Source of the DNA: Promethearchaeota archaeon
GTDB lineage: Archaea > Asgardarchaeota > Lokiarchaeia > Sigyniarchaeales > SOKP01
Direction: 5' to 3'
Length of the DNA stretch: 64,000 bases
Assembly (NCBI GenBank): GCA_030603385.1
Contig: JAUVXW010000002.1
Span: forward strand, 116,145-180,144
Position numbers and translations under genes: made by a program. The first letter of the stretch is position 1, and every line of letters begins with the position of its first letter. The notes under the pieces were generated by a model. That model was given only the letters and a program-made list of their open reading frames with translations, was not told where the DNA came from and did not search any database. Shown here one piece after another: positions 29,068 to 40,113 of this stretch.

Positions 29068-29658
29068 ATGAAAGAAACTGCTAAAAAATTATATACCGCA
29101 TATGTGGGAGAATCTCAAGCCCGCAATAGGTATAACTACTTTGCTAAAATCGCAAAAAAAGAAGGATATATACTAGTGTCAAAAATTTTTGACGAAACAT
29201 CAGATCAAGAAAAGGAACATGGTAGCTGGTTTTATAAGATGCTTCAAGGGTTCAAGAAGGAAGAATCCTTTGATGAAATGAAGGTACTCCCCGATGCAGA
29301 ATTTCCAACAACCCATGGAACTACAGTTGAAAATCTGAAATCTGCGATGGCGGGAGAAGACATGGAATGGCAAACACTTTATCCTGATATAGCTGAGACT
29401 GCCGAAAAAGAAGGATATCCTGATATTGCCACAAGAGTACGCGCTATTATGGTTGCTGAAAAACATCACTCTGAGAGATATGGGAAACTTTTGAAACTAG
29501 TCGGTGATGATGCTTTCTTTAAACGAGGGTCAAAGGTCGTTTGGATATGTTTAGAATGCGGCTTTGAAGTAGAAATGGATGAGCTACCTGATAGTTGGGA
29601 GTGTCCTAGCTGTGGACATAGTAGAGCATACTTCAGGAAAAAATGTGAAGATTTCTAA
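29068..29658 (+). CDS. rbr: Rubrerythrin
   Basis: GESQARNRY, EKEH, EKHH diiron motifs; C-terminal CLECG...CPSCG. Confidence 0.95.
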   Translation: MKETAKKLYTAYVGESQARNRYNYFAKIAKKEGYILVSKIFDETSDQEKEHGSWFYKMLQGFKKEESFDEMKVLPDAEFPTTHGTTVENLKSAMAGEDMEWQTLYPDIAETAEKEGYPDIATRVRAIMVAEKHHSERYGKLLKLVGDDAFFKRGSKVVWICLECGFEVEMDELPDSWECPSCGHSRAYFRKKCEDF

Positions 29659-29751
29659 AAAAAGCAATAAATCTTTAATTTAAAATCAAAGTTTTTAAAA
29701 ATCAAAATAGATGATTTAAAGAACAACAGAATAAGAATCTGTGAATTAAAT

Positions 29752-30144
29752 ATGAAACAGAAAGAAGTTTGGAAATGTAATATATGTGGAAAAGTTATTG
29801 AAATTCTTAACCCAGCAGCTCCTGAAACGATTTGTTGTGGACAACCAATGGTTTTAATGGAGGAGAAGACTGCCGATTGGAAGGGCGAGAAGCATGTTCC
29901 TAAGATCACTATCGATGGTAATAAAGTTACTGTCGATGTTGGAATTTCTATGGGAACCCCACATCCTATGACGGAAGAACACTATATCATGTGGATTGAG
30001 CTTATCTGTAAAGATAACTGTTATAAAAGGCAAATGTTAGCCCCTGGAATGGAACCTAAAGCAACTTTCGTTGTTGCGGATACAAGCGGGTTAAAGGCCA
30101 GGGAATATTGTAATCTCCATGGACTCTGGGTTGGGACAGAATAA
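29752..30144 (+). CDS. dfx: Desulfoferrodoxin / superoxide reductase (2Fe-SOR)
   Basis: CNICG...CCGQPM, EKHVP, HPMTEEHYI, CNLHGLW. Confidence 0.95.
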   Translation: MKQKEVWKCNICGKVIEILNPAAPETICCGQPMVLMEEKTADWKGEKHVPKITIDGNKVTVDVGISMGTPHPMTEEHYIMWIELICKDNCYKRQMLAPGMEPKATFVVADTSGLKAREYCNLHGLWVGTE

Positions 30145-30268
30145 ATTAAATTCTTTTTTTTTATTTTATTTTTATTTTTTAAATATTTTAAAATAATGAA
30201 GTTTTAAGATGTTTAACCACAATTAAATATATCAAAATCAAATAATTTCTCTGCTGTTTAAAGGAAGA

Positions 30269-31633
30269 ATGATTTTATTCTTACAATTATTTGTAATCTT
30301 TTGTTTTGTTATTGTCATCATTGCGCTTTTTCGTGAAAAAACGGATTTCTTAACTTATAGTGTTGCAGCTATGCTTGCTGCAGCCACTGCAACATTTATC
30401 TTTTCACCAGAGCCTTTTTCTATTGATGAATTTATCCTTTCAATAGATTGGTCAATAATTTTTTTCTTAATATCTCTATTTACAATTGTGGTTATTTTAG
30501 AAGAACAACTAATTTTTCAAGAGATATCCTTAAGAATAACGAAAAAATTTAGTACAAACACTCGTCAGTTTTTTTGGGTGATTTGTTTGATTTCCACCTT
30601 AAGTGCTGCTTTTATTGAAGATGTCTCTGTAGCTGTTATATTTATTCCCATGATTATTAGGACAAGTGAGAAGATGAGAATTAACCCTGCACCAATTCTT
30701 CTAGGAATGACTATATGTATCAACCTTGCCTCAACTCTAACCCCTTTTGGCTCTGCAGAGAATATATTGATAGCAAACAGATTTAACTTATCTACCAGCT
30801 GGTTTTTTACAAATTTATTAGTATATTTCATTATTGGTACATTCCTGACACTCTTTCTTTTAGATCATTTTGTTCTCAGAAAACATTTAAATGAAATTTG
30901 GGTTCCACATTGTGAAGAATATGATGAGCCTTTAGAAAGTGAACATTTGGAAGAGCATGAGTTGGTAATCTTAGAAGAGTCAATTAATTCTAAGATTTTT
31001 TATCGCAATTTAATCGCTTTATTTTTCTTTTTTATATTGTTAATGGTTATTCCAAATATTTTATTCGTTGGGCTTTTAGGAATGTTAATATTTGTGTTTA
31101 TTAATCCGCGTAGGGGAGAAGCAGGTAAAAAGAAACCAGACATTTCCTATTACTTTACTAAAGTTGATTTTAAGTTACCATTCTTTTTTATAAGTCTATT
31201 TGTTCTTATATTTTGTTTTGAAGAAGTAGGGCTTATTGGTATTATAGCAGATTTTGTGGTTACCATAGCACCGGACAATCTCTTCTTACTATGTGTAATC
31301 GTATTAATTTTAACGTCTGTTCTCTCAGGATTCCTTGATAATATTCCAGTTACGGTTCTTTTTATACCGATAATAAATGTTTTAATTGACCCATTAGGGC
31401 TTGGCTTTTCACAAATTCCCTTGTTGATAGCGTTTATTTTAGGAATTAATTTAGGGGGGAATTTCCTGCCTCAAGGTAGTGCAGCTGATATGATGACTTT
31501 GGAACTTTCTACTAAATATTGTGTTGATGATTTGAATTATAGAAGATTATTAAAGATTGGAGGGCTTTTTGCCTTATTACATATTATGTTAGGAATTGGT
31601 TATCTTGCCTTAATAATTTTTATCTTCTTTTGA
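30269..31633 (+). CDS. ArsB/NhaD/SLC13 (IT superfamily) permease
   Basis: SAAFIED, TLTPFGSAEN, SGFLDNIP, NLGGNFLPQGSAA repeats; multiple TM helices. Confidence 0.85.
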   Translation: MILFLQLFVIFCFVIVIIALFREKTDFLTYSVAAMLAAATATFIFSPEPFSIDEFILSIDWSIIFFLISLFTIVVILEEQLIFQEISLRITKKFSTNTRQFFWVICLISTLSAAFIEDVSVAVIFIPMIIRTSEKMRINPAPILLGMTICINLASTLTPFGSAENILIANRFNLSTSWFFTNLLVYFIIGTFLTLFLLDHFVLRKHLNEIWVPHCEEYDEPLESEHLEEHELVILEESINSKIFYRNLIALFFFFILLMVIPNILFVGLLGMLIFVFINPRRGEAGKKKPDISYYFTKVDFKLPFFFISLFVLIFCFEEVGLIGIIADFVVTIAPDNLFLLCVIVLILTSVLSGFLDNIPVTVLFIPIINVLIDPLGLGFSQIPLLIAFILGINLGGNFLPQGSAADMMTLELSTKYCVDDLNYRRLLKIGGLFALLHIMLGIGYLALIIFIFF

Positions 31634-31676
31634 AAACTTCTAAATATAGAACAAAAAATAAGGATCTCATAAAATA

Positions 31677-32225
31677 ATGAGTAAGAAAAAAGCAATAATA
31701 CTAGATAGAGATGGTACTTTAATTGAAGATCGAAATTATGCCTATAAGATCGAAGATTTAGAGATATTATCTGGTGTAATTGAAGGTTTAAAATATCTTC
31801 AGAGCGACTTCGTATTTTTTATAGTTACAAATCAATCCGGTATTGGGAGAGGATATTATACTGTTGAGGATTTTGAGAAGTTCAACACTCATTTATTAGA
31901 AATTCTTGATAAGAATGATATCAAAATACTTAAAACTTACTATTGTCCTCATTTGAAAGAGGATAAATGCGATTGTAGGAAACCCAAAACAAAATATATT
32001 AATGAAATAATTAATGAATTTAATGTTGACATCAAAGAATCATGGATGGTAGGTGATCATCCATCTGATATAGGATTTGGGATAAATGGAGAGTGTAGAA
32101 CAGTTTTCCTCACTACTGGGCATGGTAATAAACATTTAGATGAATTGGAATCTCTCGGAATAAATCCAACAATAATAAGTGATAATTTTTTGGCTGCAGC
32201 GAAAGAAATTATGACATTTCATTAA
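31677..32225 (+). CDS. gmhB: HAD-IIIA phosphatase (GmhB/histidinol-phosphatase-like)
   Basis: LDRDGTL, VTNQSGIGRG, CPH...CDCRKP, MVGD. Confidence 0.85.
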   Translation: MSKKKAIILDRDGTLIEDRNYAYKIEDLEILSGVIEGLKYLQSDFVFFIVTNQSGIGRGYYTVEDFEKFNTHLLEILDKNDIKILKTYYCPHLKEDKCDCRKPKTKYINEIINEFNVDIKESWMVGDHPSDIGFGINGECRTVFLTTGHGNKHLDELESLGINPTIISDNFLAAAKEIMTFH

Positions 32226-32345
32226 TCATAAAAAGCAGGTTTTTAGAATTCTCATTTTTCTTAACACTAATAAACGATCATTATAAAAATCTAAATTTCT
32301 TTTAATCATTTATTATATTAGGTATGAATATAATTTGAGATTGTT

Positions 32346-32834
32346 ATGTACTACAGAAAATTGAATAATGCTGCAATGTGGAAAAAGATTCAAAAATTAA
32401 GAGAGTTTATCAAATTGGAGCATAATTTCAAGGAAAGGGTGTGTTGGGAATGTAGTAAAGATCTCAATATCTATGATTTTCTCAGTGATAATGTTGATTT
32501 TACTCCTGAATATATCTTAAAATTATGGCAAACACCTATTTTAGAATTCCATTGCTGTGAATGCTTTAGAAATCTCAAAATTGATGAGCTCAAAAAAATT
32601 GAGCAAGAATTACCTACACGAATTTGTTTGAAGTGTAATGCTCTAATAGATATTTATAAATTTAGCAAATTTCATAACTACTTGAAAATCCACGAGTTAA
32701 GAAAATTGTGGTTAGATAAAAACTTTAAAATTTTCTGTGATAATCTATGTCAGCGTAAATACTTTAAAATATATTATGATTTTCTAAAAAAGAGAAAAAT
32801 GGAAAAACAAGCAGAATTAAATAGGAAGATATAA
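32346..32834 (+). CDS. Hypothetical protein with two tandem Cys-rich (Zn-finger-like) repeats
   Basis: CWEC..IYDF..KLW..HCCEC and CLKC..IYKF..KLW..FCDNLC. Confidence 0.7.
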   Translation: MYYRKLNNAAMWKKIQKLREFIKLEHNFKERVCWECSKDLNIYDFLSDNVDFTPEYILKLWQTPILEFHCCECFRNLKIDELKKIEQELPTRICLKCNALIDIYKFSKFHNYLKIHELRKLWLDKNFKIFCDNLCQRKYFKIYYDFLKKRKMEKQAELNRKI

Positions 32835-32836
32835 AT

Positions 32837-34324
32837 TCATGATTGGCGCTTCTCTTCATAATCCTTACGTTTTTGTTCATGCATTATAAGCAATTCTTTT
32901 TTCATCTCTTCTACTACTTTTCCTGTTAATGGATAAAATTTCACCCAAACAAGCAAACCGATTAAACATGCTATTCCTGGTACAAGGGTCATACTTATAT
33001 TAACTCCTAAAGAAGCCAAGAACATCCCCTTCGTAGCATCTAATCCATCTACAGCATCCACATAAATTAACCCAAATATAGTCATCAATGCGGTTGGGAT
33101 TGCTAAAGCTACACTTATCATAGGTTTACTTAGCAGTGGACCCACACCCGCATAGAGTCCTTCTCTCCTCTCTCCTGAGATTTTCCAATAATCAAAATCT
33201 ATTGTATCTGCTCTCATTGGATTATGCAGAATAAAATCTCCCGCAAAACCAGACATAAAAATTGAAAACCCTATCGAAACAAGAATCCAATTTTTTGATA
33301 GTCCCGCAAAAAAGCTAAAAAAACTCCCTACAGTTAACATCACGAGATAATATGTTATGGAGGCTTTTGTTGAGATTTTTGCTGCAATTCTCAGAATAAG
33401 TGGTACTGAAATAAGTAAGCAGAGTATTGGTCCTATCCAAAATAAGATAATATTAATTCCTTCCATTTGATCAAGAACCCAAGTTAAGTAGAAAGGTAAA
33501 CTCACCATTACTATATTGATTAGAAATACTGAAACTCCGTCATAAATTATATAAACTCTAAAAGAGGGATTTTTGAACGCAAGTTTTATTGATTTTAATA
33601 ATGGGGTTTTTTCATCAGGTATATGTTCACTATGCTCACGAACGTATTTTGATAAGATTAAATACGGAAATACCCCAAAAATAGCGATAATTACTACAAG
33701 CCATTGAAATTGAGTAATCGTTTCTCTAGTTGGATTTGCTAAAAATATAACAGGGACAATAAATCCTATTATAATTGCAGGTAAGGTAAAAATAGTGCCT
33801 ACCAATTGTATTTTTTCTCGTTCTCGTTGATTTAAGGTCATTTGGGGTAGTAAAGCAACGTGAGCAATTAGAACAAGTGTAAATAGCGTATCATAAGCAA
33901 TTTGGGTAATGAGATACCAGGTAAAAAGCCAAATTTGAACTGTAAGATCTGATGTTTGGCCTCTCCAAGCATCTGGGGGAAAAAAAACCAGAGCAAAACA
34001 TAAACTAAAAATTGGAGCCCCAAATTTAATAAAAGGAATATATCTTTGAAGTTCTCCTCTCTTCTTGTTATAATATCGAGTATTACCAATTATATTTCCA
34101 AAAATTGGATCATTTACTACATTCCAAACGGCATATACAATCAGGGCAATAAATATCCATATATTTAATAATCCCATCCATGCAAAATAAAAAGATTGGA
34201 TTACACCCATGACTCCACCGTAGAAAGTACCTGGCATTTGAGCAAAGCCATAGGATAATTTTTCCTTTAAAGGTACTATCTCGGAAGCTCCATTTTCTAA
34301 CAATTCTGTACTTTTATGAGTCAA
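32837..34324 (-). CDS. MFS GPH-family (MelB-like) symporter
   Basis: EKLSYGF, WNVVNDP, ADTIDFD...GERREGLY. Confidence 0.88.
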   Translation of the reverse strand: MTHKSTELLENGASEIVPLKEKLSYGFAQMPGTFYGGVMGVIQSFYFAWMGLLNIWIFIALIVYAVWNVVNDPIFGNIIGNTRYYNKKRGELQRYIPFIKFGAPIFSLCFALVFFPPDAWRGQTSDLTVQIWLFTWYLITQIAYDTLFTLVLIAHVALLPQMTLNQREREKIQLVGTIFTLPAIIIGFIVPVIFLANPTRETITQFQWLVVIIAIFGVFPYLILSKYVREHSEHIPDEKTPLLKSIKLAFKNPSFRVYIIYDGVSVFLINIVMVSLPFYLTWVLDQMEGINIILFWIGPILCLLISVPLILRIAAKISTKASITYYLVMLTVGSFFSFFAGLSKNWILVSIGFSIFMSGFAGDFILHNPMRADTIDFDYWKISGERREGLYAGVGPLLSKPMISVALAIPTALMTIFGLIYVDAVDGLDATKGMFLASLGVNISMTLVPGIACLIGLLVWVKFYPLTGKVVEEMKKELLIMHEQKRKDYEEKRQS

Positions 34325-34466
34325 AATAATTACACTTGTCTAAGCAAAATTTAAAGTATAATTTCGGAAAATTATTGACGATTTTTCAATATTTTGAAAA
34401 TGTTGTAAATAAAAAGTAAAAAAATGAAATATATTTAAATTCTAATTTTTACCCAGATTTAAGATA

Positions 34467-35645
34467 TTAGCTCCTTTTCTTCCCTAAGTAAGGCATTGCA
34501 TGTTCATATCTTTTCATAACAAACCTTGAAATAACAATTCTTTGAATTTCACTTGTTCCCTCGTATATTTGGTATAACTTAGCATCCCTAAATAGTTTTT
34601 CAACAGGAAATGTTCTCAAGTAGCCATAACCTCCAAAGATTTGAACTGCTTCAGTTGTTACATTCATAGCAACATCTGACGCAAAAGCTTTGGCAATAGC
34701 TGAACTCAAATTATTATCTATACCTTGATCAGCCTCCCAAGCTGCTTTATATGTTAAAAGTCGTGCGGCTTCAATATCTTTATACATATTTGCTATTTTT
34801 TCTTGAATAACTTGGTAATTTCCGATTGGTCTTCCAAAAGTTTCTCTCTTCTGGGCATAATCTATAGAATATTCCATAGCAGAACGAGCACAACCAATAG
34901 CAAAGGCACCTATCGCCGGACGAGTATGAGCAAATGTTTGCATACCTAGAATGAAACCTCTTCCAGGTCTAGCAAGTATGTTTTCCTTAGGGATCCTTAC
35001 ATTTTTTAGACCCACTGATACAGTGTTAGATGATCTTTGACCTAGTTTAGGAATGTGTTTGCCTAATTTTACTCCTTCGCTTTTAGTATCCACTATAAAA
35101 GTTGCAATTCCTTTATGTTTCTTCTCAGGATCTACTGTTGCAAATACAGTAATGTAATCAGCAAAACCCCCATTAGTGATCCAAAATTTATTCCCATTTA
35201 AAATGAACTCATCTCCATCTTTTTCTGCTAAACATTTCATTCCAGCTACATCAGAACCCATTGTTGGTTCAGATGTTGCAAATGCAATTAACTTAAACTC
35301 ATTAACTAGTTCAGTCAGAATCCTTTGCTTCTGTTCTTCATTACCCCCAATAATTATCGGTTCTGCACCAAGACTGTTATCAAACACAGATGTCGCAATA
35401 CCAGGACAAGCAGATGAGATTTCTTCAACTACAATACAAGAGTCTACTAAACTGAAACCTGGACCACCATACTCTTTAGGGATTCCTAAATTCAATAATC
35501 CTTCCTCCCAAGCTTTTTTAATAACAGGAAGGGGGAATTCTTCAGATTCATCATATTTTCTCGCAACTGGTAAAACTTCGCGAATTGCAAACTCTCTCGC
35601 CTTCTTTTGTAAAGCTTTTTGTTCTTCTGAAAGTATAAAATCCAT
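34467..35645 (-). CDS. Acyl-CoA dehydrogenase
   Basis: FATSEPTMGSD, LNGNKFWITNG, QIFGGYGY, IYEGTSEIQ. Confidence 0.95.
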   Translation of the reverse strand: MDFILSEEQKALQKKAREFAIREVLPVARKYDESEEFPLPVIKKAWEEGLLNLGIPKEYGGPGFSLVDSCIVVEEISSACPGIATSVFDNSLGAEPIIIGGNEEQKQRILTELVNEFKLIAFATSEPTMGSDVAGMKCLAEKDGDEFILNGNKFWITNGGFADYITVFATVDPEKKHKGIATFIVDTKSEGVKLGKHIPKLGQRSSNTVSVGLKNVRIPKENILARPGRGFILGMQTFAHTRPAIGAFAIGCARSAMEYSIDYAQKRETFGRPIGNYQVIQEKIANMYKDIEAARLLTYKAAWEADQGIDNNLSSAIAKAFASDVAMNVTTEAVQIFGGYGYLRTFPVEKLFRDAKLYQIYEGTSEIQRIVISRFVMKRYEHAMPYLGKKRS

Positions 35646-35869
35646 TTTCTTAATCTCCGTTTAACCTATTTTTTCAATTAACTTATTCTACTATATCTTT
35701 AAAGTTATTTTTTAATATTAATACAAATCAAGTTAAAAACTTATATTCTATCGATTATAAAATTTTTGTGAGAATATAAGATTCATTGAAAATTAGGAAA
35801 AAATGAATAATTTTACTAGAATAATTATACACCAAAGCAAAAAAAAAATTAAGGAATGATAAGTTATTA

Positions 35870-36007
35870 TTATTCAATTTTTTCGAACATATCTTTTCCT
35901 ACGCCACATACTGGACAAGTATAATCGTCAGGTAAATCTTCAAACTTAGTCCCTTCGGCTTCTTCATCATAAATATATCCACATGCGGTGCATTCCCATT
36001 TTCCCAT
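35870..36007 (-). CDS. Rubredoxin (45 aa; below ORF-track cutoff)
   Basis: [45 protein letters not shown]. Confidence 0.95.
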   Translation of the reverse strand: MGKWECTACGYIYDEEAEGTKFEDLPDDYTCPVCGVGKDMFEKIE

Positions 36008-36173
36008 ATTCAACACTTATTTTTATTTTTAAATTGAGTTATTTGATTTTATGGATTGAAATTGAATGTATATTAAAAATATTAATTTAATATTTTATAA
36101 ATTGTACTAAAAAGAGATTCAATTTAATTTACTAATAATTGAAAAAAAAAGGAATGATTAGTTAGTCAATATT

Positions 36174-37556
36174 TCATAAATTAAGTTCTATAATTCTGTC
36201 TTGATTTAGCTTTACTTTATCTGGCGTTAGATCATAAAATTTCCAAAAGATTATCGAAGCTATGAGCATAAGTACTGCTGGAATTAAGGCAAAATGAATG
36301 TGTATGCCCCATATTGCTGATCCTGGTTGAATTACACTTCCTTCCACAAATCCAGTGATTGTATGTACTGATGCGAAACTAATGGCTTGTACTAATATGG
36401 CTAATCGTCCAAAGAATTGTAAAAATCCATTGAAAATGCCTTCTTGACGTTTCTGGTTATTAACTACTGACTCATTTATAACATCCCCGAAAACTGGTGC
36501 TAACATCGTCCAAAAACCCCCAAGACCAAAACCCCAGAAAATCATTACAATTAATGCCATAACAACACTATTAAGGAATATAAAGGGGATTGTGAATATA
36601 GTCAACAGAAAGCTGTTTATTAGCATGACTTTCTTATTATTATTAGTCTTTTGGGCGATATATGCCCATAGTGGCGAGGAAATTAACGCTCCTACAAGAA
36701 AGCCTGCAGATAGTAACGTTTGAACCTCTTCCTCTAGTATAAACTCAACAAAAAATGGGATCGATGCCTGGAAAGATATTACAAGTGATCTATAAAGTGT
36801 ATATGTAATTATGAAGAACAAGAATGATTTTTGCTTTAGCGTAAGTTTTAGTGTCTTAAAGAAGGATTCCCTATCTTTAATATCATGTTTTTCAAGATAG
36901 CGATCAATTGTAACTTGATCCTCTCTGCTACCGGGGATAGATAGCATTAACATAACTATTCCTATAATTACTACGAACCCTGCGTTTATTACAAACGTCC
37001 GAGGTGTGTTATAATCTATTATCATAGGTGGCAATAATGCACCTAGAGCTACTCCAACTATTCCAATTGGAGTTTGTATTCCTGTTGCTTTCCTCCGCTC
37101 ATCTACAGAGCGAAATTTATCAGGAAAAAGAGAGGCAAAATTGACGAAAAATATTGAATTAAAGGTATCAAAGATGCAAGTAGAGGCTATGAACCATAGG
37201 AAAAAAATCCAAGCTCCTGAATGAGGATCTACGTCTGGAGGTGTAAATATTAGAATATAACTCAAAATATATGCGATACCGCCAATCATTATCCATGGAA
37301 ATCGTCTTCCCCATTTTTTAGTAAATTTAAAAGGACGATTGGTTAGGAACCCAATTAATGGGTCGTTAACGGCATTCCATATTGCATAGATTACAACTGC
37401 TAATCCGATGATTAATGAATCAACACCGATGGTTCTCACATAAAAAGAATATAGCCATACAGTAAATGCCATCTCCATAAATTCTGTCAAGAATTTACCA
37501 AATCCATACGAAGCCATGTTCAGTTTCGAATGCTCAATTACCATTTCTTCTCCCAT
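36174..37556 (-). CDS. MFS GPH-family (MelB-like) symporter
   Basis: SYGFG, WNAVNDP, WGRRFPW, GDVINE...RQEGIF. Confidence 0.88.
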   Translation of the reverse strand: MGEEMVIEHSKLNMASYGFGKFLTEFMEMAFTVWLYSFYVRTIGVDSLIIGLAVVIYAIWNAVNDPLIGFLTNRPFKFTKKWGRRFPWIMIGGIAYILSYILIFTPPDVDPHSGAWIFFLWFIASTCIFDTFNSIFFVNFASLFPDKFRSVDERRKATGIQTPIGIVGVALGALLPPMIIDYNTPRTFVINAGFVVIIGIVMLMLSIPGSREDQVTIDRYLEKHDIKDRESFFKTLKLTLKQKSFLFFIITYTLYRSLVISFQASIPFFVEFILEEEVQTLLSAGFLVGALISSPLWAYIAQKTNNNKKVMLINSFLLTIFTIPFIFLNSVVMALIVMIFWGFGLGGFWTMLAPVFGDVINESVVNNQKRQEGIFNGFLQFFGRLAILVQAISFASVHTITGFVEGSVIQPGSAIWGIHIHFALIPAVLMLIASIIFWKFYDLTPDKVKLNQDRIIELNL

Positions 37557-37656
37557 ATAGAATCACGATTATTTGATATTTAATTAATTGAATTAACTAG
37601 GATTTAGATATTTCCGTTTTTATAGATAATGGGTTTTTTTTAAAGAAAAATCAAGT

Positions 37657-37812
37657 TCAATTCTTTTGAGGAATTTCCTTCTCAACAAAAATTTTTTTTG
37701 AAGAACGGCATTTGGGACATTTCCATTCATCTCCAACTTCTTCGAATGGTATCTTCTGTTCTTCATCAACATACAGATAATTACATCTTTTACATCTATG
37801 AATTGTCACCAC
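37657..37812 (-). CDS. Rubredoxin-like protein
   Basis: Probable GTG start after GGAG; CKRCNYLY...WKCPKC. Confidence 0.8.
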   Translation of the reverse strand: MVTIHRCKRCNYLYVDEEQKIPFEEVGDEWKCPKCRSSKKIFVEKEIPQKN

Positions 37813-37837
37813 AAAATCTCCATGGTCTTTTATTCTT

Positions 37838-39184
37838 TCACTCTTTTTTTTTAAAATCCTCTTTAGGAGCATTACAACCAGGACATTTAAAATTCTCTGG
37901 AAGATCTCTAAAAAGAGTCGTCATTACGGCTTCATCATATCTTTTCCCACAGTTTTTACAGATGTAGATATACAATCTTAATAGCTCCCTAAGCTCATCT
38001 TTATCTACATTCTTATCCAACTTATTATATACGAATGAAACTGCATCAGTATCTCCAAATAATATAGCTCCTTTGAGTTTACCATCTTTTAAGACTAATT
38101 TTTGATAACAACAGTCTTTTTTATCTGCCTTCTTTAAGATTTGCCAACCACCACCTTGCTCCTTAGGTGTATCTATAATTCCTACTGAGGTCAATTCTAA
38201 ACCTACAATTTTAAGCGTATTTTTAGGTGTTGTACCTTGGTATTCTACATTCTGCAATCCAAGAACAGATGCAGCTGCAATCTTCGATTGCTCCATACAT
38301 GCCGGTATGATACCCCATATCTGATTATTATATTCGATGCAGTCTCCTACGGCGAATATATCTTTTTCACTTGTTTGTAAATATTCATTTACTAGTATAC
38401 CTCTATTTGTTCTAAGATTTGCATCGTGTGCTATTTTTATTGTTGGTCTAATACCTGCTTGAATTAATACGACATCAGCAAATAATTCTTTTCCTCCTTT
38501 AAGTATAATACTTTTTACTGATCCATTGCCTATAATCTCTTCTGTAGCTGCATCTAATACAACTTCAATCCCTTTACTTTCAATTTCTTCTTTTAACATT
38601 TCTCCACATTCTAGGTCTAATTGCCTTGGTAATAAACGTGGAAAAAATTCAACTACTGTTGTATCCAAACCACTATTTTTTATCTGGTTTGCTAGCTCTA
38701 AACCCAGTAATCCACCCCCAATAACAATTGCTTTCTTAATATTCTTATTGTGAATGAAATTTTTTACTTCTAAAGCATCATCAATACTACGTAATGTGAA
38801 TACGCCTTTTTTTTCATCTTTCAATTTTACAGCGTTTTTAATAGGAGGAATATTAGGTGTGCTTCCTAATGCCAAAACAAGCTTATCATAGGAAATTAGA
38901 TGGTCCTTACCATCAAGTTCTAATGTCTTATTTTTTGGATTTATTTTTTTTATTCGTGAATTTAGATTTAATTTAATTTGCTTGTTTTCATACCAATCTT
39001 GTTTAAATACAATTAAATCATCAACTTTAACTTTTTCAGAGATAAGTTCAGGTAAATTGACTCTTGTATAATAGGGATACTTTTCTTGTGTATATATTTC
39101 GATTTCTACCTCTTCATTTAGAAGTCTTATATTTTGGGCAGTAAAAGTACCAGAGACATTATTTCCAATGATCACAACCTTCAT
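37838..39184 (-). CDS. NAD(P)H:rubredoxin oxidoreductase-like FAD enzyme with C-terminal rubredoxin domain
   Basis: PYYTR, IGGGLLGLE, AVGDC; C-terminal CKNCG...CPGC. Confidence 0.88.
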   Translation of the reverse strand: MKVVIIGNNVSGTFTAQNIRLLNEEVEIEIYTQEKYPYYTRVNLPELISEKVKVDDLIVFKQDWYENKQIKLNLNSRIKKINPKNKTLELDGKDHLISYDKLVLALGSTPNIPPIKNAVKLKDEKKGVFTLRSIDDALEVKNFIHNKNIKKAIVIGGGLLGLELANQIKNSGLDTTVVEFFPRLLPRQLDLECGEMLKEEIESKGIEVVLDAATEEIIGNGSVKSIILKGGKELFADVVLIQAGIRPTIKIAHDANLRTNRGILVNEYLQTSEKDIFAVGDCIEYNNQIWGIIPACMEQSKIAAASVLGLQNVEYQGTTPKNTLKIVGLELTSVGIIDTPKEQGGGWQILKKADKKDCCYQKLVLKDGKLKGAILFGDTDAVSFVYNKLDKNVDKDELRELLRLYIYICKNCGKRYDEAVMTTLFRDLPENFKCPGCNAPKEDFKKKE

Positions 39185-39309
39185 AGAATTATAAGTTTAT
39201 TCATCTTATTTTAAGGTTTTTATTATGGTTTCTAAATTTTTTGCAGAATTACCATAAAAAGAACATGTTCGAAATTAAAGATATAAAGCCATTTCTATTT
39301 GATTTAACT

Positions 39310-40095
39310 ATGACTGAAGTAGAACAGTTAAAAAAAACTAATAGAAAAATCATCAAAATTGATGAAGACTTATGTACGGGCTGTGGTAACTGTGTCGTAG
39401 CATGTGCTGAAGCTGCATTAGAAGTGATAGATGGAAAGGCAAGGGTAGTCAATGATATTTTTTGCGATGGTTTAGGTGCTTGTATAGGAGAATGCCCCGA
39501 AGGCGCACTAGAAATAATCGAAAGAGAAGCTTTAGAATTTGATGAAGAAGAAGTTGAAAAACGGTTGGAATCATTAAATCATAAAGAATCCATAGAAACA
39601 GAACAAGTGAGACAAATTGTTGCTGATCATGCCCAGCAATGTGGTTGTCCTTCAGCCCAAACTATGGTTTTTGATGAGCCTGAGGTGCAAACAGAATTAG
39701 TGGGAAAGATTCCTTCAGCTCTACGACAGTGGCCTGTTCAAATGCATTTAATCAATCCTGGAGCACCATATTATCAAGGTGCAGATGTATTACTTTCAGC
39801 TGATTGCGTTGGTTTTTCCTATGGCGATTTTCATAGAGATTTCTTAAAGCAAAAATCGATTGCGATTGCTTGTCCTAAGCTTGATCAAGGTAAAGAAATT
39901 TACATTGAAAAGATTAAATCTTTGATTGACGATGCTAAAATAAACACTCTTACAGTTGCTATTATGGATGTCCCTTGTTGCTCAGGGCTATTAGGTTTAG
40001 CTCAAGAAGGTGCTAAACGAGCAAACCGTAAAGTACCTATTAAGTATATAGTTGTAGGGATACAAGGAAATATCTTAAAAGAAGAATGGTTATAA
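39310..40095 (+). CDS. 2[4Fe-4S] ferredoxin-domain protein with Cys-containing C-terminal domain
   Basis: CTGCGNCVVAC, CDGLGACIGECP, QWPVQ, ADC, ACPKLD, VPCC; probable ATG at 39310. Confidence 0.85.
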   Translation: MTEVEQLKKTNRKIIKIDEDLCTGCGNCVVACAEAALEVIDGKARVVNDIFCDGLGACIGECPEGALEIIEREALEFDEEEVEKRLESLNHKESIETEQVRQIVADHAQQCGCPSAQTMVFDEPEVQTELVGKIPSALRQWPVQMHLINPGAPYYQGADVLLSADCVGFSYGDFHRDFLKQKSIAIACPKLDQGKEIYIEKIKSLIDDAKINTLTVAIMDVPCCSGLLGLAQEGAKRANRKVPIKYIVVGIQGNILKEEWL

Positions 40096-40113
40096 TTTTT
40101 TTTATTATTTTTA

